Below are positions 23,128-32,100 of a stretch of DNA of 32,100 nucleotides, piece after piece. Position numbers and translations under genes: made by a program. The notes beneath the pieces are model-generated. The model ran no database searches, had not been told where the DNA came from, and saw only the letters and a program-made list of their open reading frames with translations. The DNA comes from Nemertoderma westbladi (taxonomy: Eukaryota > Animalia > Xenacoelomorpha): assembly GCA_032718475.1 (NCBI GenBank), contig JAUCBJ010002685.1:1-32100 (forward strand), read 5' to 3'. The stretch's first letter is position 1, and every line of letters starts with the position of its first letter.

Positions 23128-23364
23128 CAGCCGGAATTTGCTAGCTCAATGGAAATTGAAAAGTCTCAATGGTAATTTCATGTAAATATAGAATTGCAAA
23201 ATTTCGTGAAAGTTTATGTTTAGCTTAAATTAGCAAGAAGGAAAACCAACAATTAATTATAATTTTCGGAAATGTTTCATTTTCATATTTACATGAAATT
23301 TACAATGTGTTTGATAAGAAATAATTCTGAGATTCAATAAAGGTAAAAGGGTAAATTCCGGCTC
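23128..23364. mobile_element. Small inverted-repeat element (MITE-like)
   Basis: cagccggaatttgc / gtaaattccggctc termini plus internal inverted pair aatttcatgtaaatat / atatttacatgaaatt. Confidence 0.55.
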
Positions 23365-23594
23365 CATGGCCTAGGTAGGCCTTGCCTATAGGCTTTAGGT
23401 GCAGCTACGCATTTTTTGTTCTAGAATTTCTTCGAATTTAAACTAGTGAATCCGTGGCAACATTGTTATTTAATTAGTTGTAACAAGGTCCTCTTCTGTT
23501 TTACGTTTGGGTTGTTTATTACATTCACTTAATTTAATGTCACAATCGTTACAGTTTTTGTTACATAACGCTCTAATTATTTGATGCTTTTCAG

Positions 23595-26500
23595 CTGAAA
23601 CGGATGGCGGTAGCGTACGGAGTGATTGGGCGGTAGTTCGTTTCCGATATATTATCGATATGGAGTCCAAAGTCGTTCAAACCAAAGAACCATTAGAGAA
23701 GTTCGAAGGCTTCCGATTTCGAAGCGACAATCTCCAGAAAGATGGAGGTAATATCGCCTATCTTACAGAAACATAATTACCTTATTATTATTATATGTAA
23801 ACTGGTAGAGTCATGATTTTTGTAATGTATGCTGGAAAATTAGTAACGTCATTGCCAATAGAATTCGTTAAAAAAGTAGTGAATTTCAATTAAAATTTCG
23901 TATTTATATTGAATAATTATTGAGAATATTAAATTGAAATACACTAACGTTGCTAAGTGCTACTTTTCGTTCATTTCACAGTATTTATATGTAAATTATT
24001 ATTTATATTATTATATTTGGCCTTCATTTTTACAACGATCTAGACATTTTTGTATTGCCATTATTTATTAACCAAAGTACCAAAGAGTAACACACTTTGT
24101 TTAAATTTTTGTAAATCGTTCATAAGTTGGTTGGAAGCTCTATTTATTGAGCTCACTAATTTTTGTGTTCATATAGAGAACTCTAATTAATTTCGACGGG
24201 AAATTTTTTCAAACGTAATCGTTCACATCAGATTGTCGCAATTTCTATATTTTATACACATCGCACTTCTTTCACACTCAGATGTTCGCTATATTTGGGC
24301 CAAGAGACTCTCTCCGGGAATCTGGACTGAGGTAAACGGAGATACCACGGCGAGAATATTTATCCAGTCGAACGGCGACATCCACTTCGCGTACGCGAGA
24401 CGCGAAGACGTTGGCAAGTACCGCGGATCTGCGCAACTCTACCTCAATGGTTCTCCCAGCGGTAGTATCTACCAAATGTCCACAAACAACTTACAAGTCA
24501 AGTTTAATTATGCGAAGCCATCCAAACCCGAGATAAAGGTTCCACCCAAGGGAGGGCCCGAGTGGGACCGACAACTCGTTGCAGTTAAGGGCTCTTCTTT
24601 GGTTCTAGAATGTTTCGCCTACAACTATCCGACTCCTAGTTACTCCTGGAGTAAGTCGGACGGTCGGTTCCCTTCTTTCGTTGAGTTTAATACGGTGAGT
24701 TTAATTATTGTGGAGCCAGGACTTAATGGCCAGAACTTCAGGACTTATTTTTTATAAGTCCTGAATTTAGCTTATATTTTGTAATGAAATTTTTTTTTTA
24801 AGTAATAAGAATAACTATATATATATTCGATTTAAATTAAGTAGCACTGTATTTCACGCCGGCTCGAGTGGGTATATTTCCACGGACGAGCGTAAGCGAG
24901 TGAGTGAAATATGGGACCCTGGAAGTGTAATACAGGTACTTTATTTAAATCGAATGTCGTTTTATTTTCAAGTTTCGACTGCTGATGGTAACAACCTATG
25001 TAGCGTGGGGTGACTACAAAACAAAGACCCAAATAATAAAGATCTGTACAAAACACGTGTGTTAACTTTCGTTTATCCCCCAAACTGCCTCTGTAACCTG
25101 CTCCTTTACTAACCTGCTCCTTTACTAACCTGCTCCTTTAAATGGCAATGGGACCTAATGCCTAACGCTCTTTGGGACCTAACGCGACTTTACCTCATTT
25201 TTTTGTACAGGTCCCAAAGAGCATTAGGTGCCATTGCCATTTAAAGGAGCAGGTTAGTAAAGGAGCAGCTGACAGAGGCATGTTGGGGGAACCAAAACAA
25301 TAAACGAAAGTTAACACGTTACAATATTATGCAGGTCTTTATATCATTTAGGTCTTTTGTCATTGTTATGTAGTCACCCATGTAGTGTGTGCTGTCTGCA
25401 GCCTACAGGGTGAATAAGTGAATGAGTGACACCTTTCGCGTGCCGGTACCGGTAACGACGTGTAGCTTGTGCTGTCTGCATCTGTGATGCATGACTAACT
25501 GTTAGTATTGCGCCTACCTCAGCGTGAACGTAGAAATCTGTAATAACATACTAAATGATATTGATGTGACTTTATTTCACGCCGTGTTTATATATCTCCC
25601 CCGCATACCCTTAATTGATTTTACCTTATTTCACTTCCGACTTGAAAATATAATACATAATATGGATAGTTCGTTTATATTACTAGTACCAGTAGTGAAG
25701 TAAATGGGAGTGTAGGTGTAGTTTGTTCAGACTTTGAATTTTATGTTATTTCTCCTATAGGGTCGAAGTCGTATGACCATCACTAACATTAGCCTTGGAG
25801 ATGCTGGAAAGTACCAATGCACTGCGCGTAATAGTGAGGGCACTGACCAAGTCACCTACACAGTCACTGTAGAAGGTTTGTACTTATCTCATACAATTCT
25901 AATAATATAAAAAATAATAATATCTAATATATTTAAACGTAATGAGATGCATGGAATTTAAAGAGAGTTAGTTTGACCTCGGGGTGAGTCAGAATTATTA
26001 TATTAATTTTGGTTGGGCACAGCTTTGCAAAGTCGGCAATGACGTCGAGGTGGGATCGAACTGGTGACCTCCAGGTTGGAAGTCTATCGCTCTAAAGTTC
26101 AGATAGCTGCTCAAATAAAAAGAGACCGACCTGGAAATTATATCTGATATCTTGTATGTCTGCAATTTACATTCCAATGGCATGGCGTCCCAACTGTCAA
26201 CCAATCAACTGCAGCCACTGTGCTCAAACCTATAGTACTTGGCCGTCTTATCCACTCTATTACAATGAAATGGTTGCGTATAATACATACACAACACATA
26301 GTACATAATGTATTAACCATCGGCCAAATACCAATACACAATACAATACAATGAACAATGTCTGATAAAAAAAAACTGTCATTTTTGCAGCGAAACCTGA
26401 ATGGACGCAACGTCTAGAGGATGAAATAAAGGCAATAGGGTCTACCCTAGTCCTACAATGTGGGGCCTTTGGTAGACCGGCTGTCAGCTATAGATGGTTT

Positions 26501-27813
26501 GCAGACAACGTGGAAGTAGTCGGCGAAAATATTGCCAGGTTGGTGGTAAATAGCCTAACAACATCTGTGCACAACTAGCAAACTCCCACATGGGTGTCAT
26601 ACCGGGTACTCTTCTAACCAGTTCTTCTAACTCAGCAATTTTTACCCGTTAGAGATACAAATTTGCAACGATATTAATATATATAAGGAAAAATGTATGT
26701 GGGGGTACAAGGAAAAGTTACTGGAGTACTGGCCATTAATCATGTCGTCTCCAGATGAATTCTTTATCATCATCTGATAATATATTATTTGGGTAACAAT
26801 AAACTATAATTTTCCTCTCCACATAACAAAACGCTTTATAATGAAATGCCTGTGGTTTTTTTATTGCATTATAGTCGTGGGCGGGTTAATTTCCGGTATG
26901 TGTGCTGTTGTATGAACTGAACCTCTAGCGCTGTACTGAACAGGAACACAGGCTGTAAAGATTCATGTCGTTCAGAATTTTGTCCAATAAATCAATCAAA
27001 CTTACAAATAAGGCCTACGGCTATAATAGCCGTATTCTGGGCTGCCAACAATTTATAATCTCCAGTAGTTTTGTATTTTCTCATCATAATTGTTAAATAA
27101 ATCTGTTTTTAATTTAATTTTTTGCAGACATACTGTTACTAAAGATAATAAAACGCTACACATAAGAGACTTGAACGAACAGGACTCTAAAGTATACCAG
27201 TGTATGGCGTACAACGTACACGGGACCATATTCACCCAATCTCAACTGAGAGTCCATAGTAAGTCATCTACTTCAAATAACAATTGTTATTTTGGTTTCC
27301 ATTACGAATGGGTTGGCGTGTGCGCACTCTTATTTACAGATAAGGGGGGGGGGGGGGGGGGGGGGCTTTCGACGTAAACAAAATTCATCCCTCTCCAGGT
27401 GAAATTCGACACAATTAACAGCTGATTACTCTCAAAAATTAAACCGTAACCTGTTATAGTGACATTTATTGTTTTGGTTAGAATACCGTGCCACTGTAAC
27501 CTGCTCCTTTCTTAAATGTATAATTTAACATTGAGGCGAAATATTAATTAGCCGAGATAAGATTTGCGTCCAGTTTTCCTTCTGTCTCCTTATTTTACAC
27601 CATTTATATAGATGGTGGATTAACTCATGTTACATTGGTGGGTAATATAATAAATAATTGTTTTAATTTAGATACTAAACCAATATTTGTTCACCCTCTT
27701 CCTAAAACGACACTGGGTGCCGAGAAGGGCAACATTACGTTGGAATGCGATCCGGTCGCAACACCCGAGGCTAAATTCTCTTGGTTCCATAATGGGAGAG
27801 CGGTTACTGGAGG
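23595..27813 (+). CDS. CNTN: Contactin-like Ig-superfamily cell-adhesion protein, partial (end of Ig1 to first half of Ig5); 6 exons
   Basis: Phase-compatible GT-AG exons 23595-23747, 24282-24694, 25761-25875, 26391-26538, 27128-27258, 27672-27813. Contactin-type segments GSVRSDWAVVRFRY, RIFIQSNGDIHF..REDVGKY, LECFAYNYPTPSYSW, DAGKYQCTARNSEG, KPEW..LQCGAFGRP..YRW, YQCMAYNVHGTIFTQSQLRV, GNITLECDPVATPEAKFSW. Both gene ends are missing from the window. Confidence 0.85.
25008..25379. mobile_element. Foldback/MULE-like MITE (near-complete palindrome)
   Basis: Arms of ~170 bp GGGTGACTACA..TTTGGGACCT / AGGTCCCAAA..TGTAGTCACCC around a ~28-nt spacer; flanking repeat ATGTAGCGTG (24998-25007) / ATGTAGTGTG (25380-25389). 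Confidence 0.8.
26005..26112 (-). mobile_element. tRNA-derived SINE head (degenerate)
   Basis: Minus strand reads agagcgatagacttccaacctggaggtcaccAGTTCGATCCC: tRNA-like layout with B box; A box and acceptor stem decayed. Confidence 0.5.
27337..27588. mobile_element. MITE, hAT-like (8-bp TSD), copy 2, inverted relative to 2650-2859
   Basis: Reverse complement aligns along 2650-2859; flanks CTTATTTA (27329-36) / CTTATTTT (27589-96); poly-G expansion inside the terminus. Confidence 0.7.
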
Positions 27814-30800
27814 GTAAGTTAATGGGAGAGCGGTTACTGGAGGGTAAGTTAATGGGAGAGCGGTTACTGGAGGGTAAGTTAATGGGGGAGTGGTTACTGG
27901 GGGGTAAGTTAATGGGAGAGCGGTTACTGGAGGGTAAGTTAATGGGGTAGCGGTTACTGGAGGGTAAGTTAATGGGAGAGCGGTTACTGGAGGGTAAGTT
28001 AATGGGAGAGCGGTTACTGGAGGGTAAGTTAATGGGAGGGCGGTTACTGGAGGGTAAGTTAATGGGAGAGCGGTTACTGGAGGGTAAGTTAATGGGAGAG
28101 CGGTTACTGGAGGGTAAGTTAATGGGAGAGCGGTTACTGGAGGGTAAGTTAATGGGAGAGCGGTTACTGGAGGGTAAGTTAATGGGAGAGCGGTTACTGG
28201 AGGGTAAGTTAATGGGAGAGCGGTTACTGGAGGGTAAGTTAATGGGAGAGCGGTTACTGGAGGGTAAGTTAATGGGAGAGCGGTTACTGGAGGGTAAGTT
28301 AATGGGAGAGCGGTTACTGGAGGGTAAGTTAATGGGAGAGCGGTTACTGGAGGGTAAGTTAATGGGAGAGCGGTTACTGGAGGGTAAGTTAATGGGAGAG
28401 CGGTTACTGGAGGGTAAGTTAATGGGAGAGCGGTTACTGGAGGGTAAGTTAATGGGAGAGCGGTTACTGGAGGGTAAGTTAATGGGAGAGCGGTTACTGG
28501 AGGGTAAGTTAATGGGAGAGCGGTTACTGGAGGGTAAGTTAATGGGAGAGCGGTTACTGGAGGGTAAGTTAATGGGAGAGCGGTTACTGGAGGGTAAGTT
28601 AATGGGAGAGCGGTTACTGGAGGGTAAGTTAATGGGAGAGCGGTTACTGGAGGGTAAGTTAATGGGAGAGCGGTTACTGGAGGGTAAGTTAATGGGAGAG
28701 CGGTTACTGGAGGGTAAGTTAATGGGAGAGCGGTTACTGGAGGGTAAGTTAATGGGAGAGCGGTTACTGGAGGGTAAGTTAATGGGAGAGCGGTTACTGG
28801 AGGGTAAGTTAATGGGAGAGCGGTTACTGGAGGGTAAGTTAATGGGAGAGCGGTTACTGGAGGGTAAGTTAATGGGAGAGCGGTTACTGGAGGGTAAGTT
28901 AATGGGAGAGCGGTTACTGGAGGGTAAGTTAATGGGAGAGCGGTTACTGGAGGGTAAGTTAATGGGAGAGCGGTTACTGGAGGGTAAGTTAATGGGAGAG
29001 CGGTTACTGGAGGGTAAGTTAATGGGAGAGCGGTTACTGGAGGGTAAGTTAATGGGAGAGCGGTTACTGGAGGGTAAGTTAATGGGAGAGCGGTTACTGG
29101 AGGGTAAGTTAATGGGAGAGCGGTTACTGGAGGGTAAGTTAATGGGAGAGCGGTTACTGGAGGGTAAGTTAATGGGAGAGCGGTTACTGGAGGGTAAGTT
29201 AATGGGAGAGCGGTTACTGGAGGGTAAGTTAATGGGAGAGCGGTTACTGGAGGGTAAGTTAATGGGAGAGCGGTTACTGGAGGGTAAGTTAATGGGAGAG
29301 CGGTTACTGGAGGGTAAGTTAATGGGAGAGCGGTTACTGGAGGGTAAGTTAATGGGAGAGCGGTTACTGGAGGGTAAGTTAATGGGAGAGCGGTTACTGG
29401 AGGGTAAGTTAATGGGAGAGCGGTTACTGGAGGGTAAGTTAATGGGAGAGCGGTTACTGGAGGGTAAGTTAATGGGAGAGCGGTTACTGGAGGGTAAGTT
29501 AATGGGAGAGCGGTTACTGGAGGGTAAGTTAATGGGAGAGCGGTTACTGGAGGGTAAGTTAATGGGAGAGCGGTTACTGGAGGGTAAGTTAATGGGAGAG
29601 CGGTTACTGGAGGGTAAGTTAATGGGAGAGCGGTTACTGGAGGGTAAGTTAATGGGAGAGCGGTTACTGGAGGGTAAGTTAATGGGAGAGCGGTTACTGG
29701 AGGGTAAGTTAATGGGAGAGCGGTTACTGGAGGGTAAGTTAATGGGAGAGCGGTTACTGGAGGGTAAGTTAATGGGAGAGCGGTTACTGGAGGGTAAGTT
29801 AATGGGAGAGCGGTTACTGGAGGGTAAGTTAATGGGAGAGCGGTTACTGGAGGGTAAGTTAATGGGAGAGCGGTTACTGGAGGGTAAGTTAATGGGAGAG
29901 CGGTTACTGGAGGGTAAGTTAATGGGAGAGCGGTTACTGGAGGGTAAGTTAATGGGAGAGCGGTTACTGGAGGGTAAGTTAATGGGAGAGCGGTTACTGG
30001 AGGGTAAGTTAATGGGAGAGCGGTTACTGGAGGGTAAGTTAATGGGAGAGCGGTTACTGGAGGGTAAGTTAATGGGAGAGCGGTTACTGGAGGGTAAGTT
30101 AATGGGAGAGCGGTTACTGGAGGGTAAGTTAATGGGAGAGCGGTTACTGGAGGGTAAGTTAATGGGAGAGCGGTTACTGGAGGGTAAGTTAATGGGAGAG
30201 CGGTTACTGGAGGGTAAGTTAATGGGAGAGCGGTTACTGGAGGGTAAGTTAATGGGAGAGCGGTTACTGGAGGGTAAGTTAATGGGAGAGCGGTTACTGG
30301 AGGGTAAGTTAATGGGAGAGCGGTTACTGGAGGGTAAGTTAATGGGAGAGCGGTTACTGGAGGGTAAGTTAATGGGAGAGCGGTTACTGGAGGGTAAGTT
30401 AATGGGAGAGCGGTTACTGGAGGGTAAGTTAATGGGAGAGCGGTTACTGGAGGGTAAGTTAATGGGAGAGCGGTTACTGGAGGGTAAGTTAATGGGAGAG
30501 CGGTTACTGGAGGGTAAGTTAATGGGAGAGCGGTTACTGGAGGGTAAGTTAATGGGAGAGCGGTTACTGGAGGGTAAGTTAATGGGAGAGCGGTTACTGG
30601 AGGGTAAGTTAATGGGAGAGCGGTTACTGGAGGGTAAGTTAATGGGAGAGCGGTTACTGGAGGGTAAGTTAATGGGAGAGCGGTTACTGGAGGGTAAGTT
30701 AATGGGAGAGCGGTTACTGGAGGGTAAGTTAATGGGAGAGCGGTTACTGGAGGGTAAGTTAATGGGAGAGCGGTTACTGGAGGGTAAGTTAATGGGAGAG

Positions 30801-32100
30801 CGGTTACTGGAGGGTAAGTTAATGGGAGAGCGGTTACTGGAGGGTAAGTTAATGGGAGAGCGGTTACTGGAGGGTAAGTTAATGGGAGAGCGGTTACTGG
30901 AGGGTAAGTTAATGGGAGAGCGGTTACTGGAGGGTAAGTTAATGGGAGAGCGGTTACTGGAGGGTAAGTTAATGGGAGAGCGGTTACTGGAGGGTAAGTT
31001 AATGGGAGAGCGGTTACTGGAGGGTAAGTTAATGGGAGAGCGGTTACTGGAGGGTAAGTTAATGGGAGAGCGGTTACTGGAGGGTAAGTTAATGGGAGAG
31101 CGGTTACTGGAGGGTAAGTTAATGGGAGAGCGGTTACTGGAGGGTAAGTTAATGGGAGAGCGGTTACTGGAGGGTAAGTTAATGGGAGAGCGGTTACTGG
31201 AGGGTAAGTTAATGGGAGAGCGGTTACTGGAGGGTAAGTTAATGGGAGAGCGGTTACTGGAGGGTAAGTTAATGGGAGAGCGGTTACTGGAGGGTAAGTT
31301 AATGGGAGAGCGGTTACTGGAGGGTAAGTTAATGGGAGAGCGGTTACTGGAGGGTAAGTTAATGGGAGAGCGGTTACTGGAGGGTAAGTTAATGGGAGAG
31401 CGGTTACTGGAGGGTAAGTTAATGGGAGAGCGGTTACTGGAGGGTAAGTTAATGGGAGAGCGGTTACTGGAGGGTAAGTTAATGGGAGAGCGGTTACTGG
31501 AGGGTAAGTTAATGGGAGAGCGGTTACTGGAGGGTAAGTTAATGGGAGAGCGGTTACTGGAGGGTAAGTTAATGGGAGAGCGGTTACTGGAGGGTAAGTT
31601 AATGGGAGAGCGGTTACTGGAGGGTAAGTTAATGGGAGAGCGGTTACTGGAGGGTAAGTTAATGGGAGAGCGGTTACTGGAGGGTAAGTTAATGGGAGAG
31701 CGGTTACTGGAGGGTAAGTTAATGGGAGAGCGGTTACTGGAGGGTAAGTTAATGGGAGAGCGGTTACTGGAGGGTAAGTTAATGGGAGAGCGGTTACTGG
31801 AGGGTAAGTTAATGGGAGAGCGGTTACTGGAGGGTAAGTTAATGGGAGAGCGGTTACTGGAGGGTAAGTTAATGGGAGAGCGGTTACTGGAGGGTAAGTT
31901 AATGGGAGAGCGGTTACTGGAGGGTAAGTTAATGGGAGAGCGGTTACTGGAGGGTAAGTTAATGGGAGAGCGGTTACTGGAGGGTAAGTTAATGGGAGAG
32001 CGGTTACTGGAGGGTAAGTTAATGGGAGAGCGGTTACTGGAGGGTAAGTTAATGGGGGAGCGGTTACTGGAGGGTAAGTTAATGGGAGAGCGGTTACTGG
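27790..32100 (+). repeat. 30-bp tandem array (AATGGGAGAGCGGTTACTGGAGG|GTAAGTT), >=143 copies, spanning the contactin exon/5' splice site
   Basis: The first unit is the real exon end (NGRAVTGG) plus donor. The array is nearly invariant to the window end, with variants only in a few units near 27880-28040 and one near 32057. Confidence 0.98.

Noticed and set aside
27790-32100. Telomeric repeat
   Set aside because: G-rich, but the 30-bp unit derives from an exon/donor junction and is not a TTAGG(G)-type repeat.

Overview
AT-rich animal (probably invertebrate) nuclear DNA, read with the standard code and GT-AG introns. A 22-exon P4-ATPase flippase (ATP8B-like) runs on the minus strand from its ATG at 22947 off the left edge. 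Its introns host an intronless same-strand RSL1D1 gene, an antisense intronless multi-pass membrane ORF with no recognisable homologue, two minisatellites (26-bp and 23-bp units) and several MITE/transposon remnants, including a Merlin-like element with a 9-bp TSD. One intron also holds a ~100-nt unit in which a minimal type I hammerhead ribozyme sits between tRNA-type Pol III A and B boxes and is followed by a T5 terminator. On the plus strand from 23595 lie six exons of a contactin-like Ig gene whose 5' part was not found. Its last visible exon/intron junction is amplified into a >4.3-kb array of a 30-bp unit, each copy carrying the exon end plus the GTAAGT donor. All coordinates were read by eye; no searches were run.
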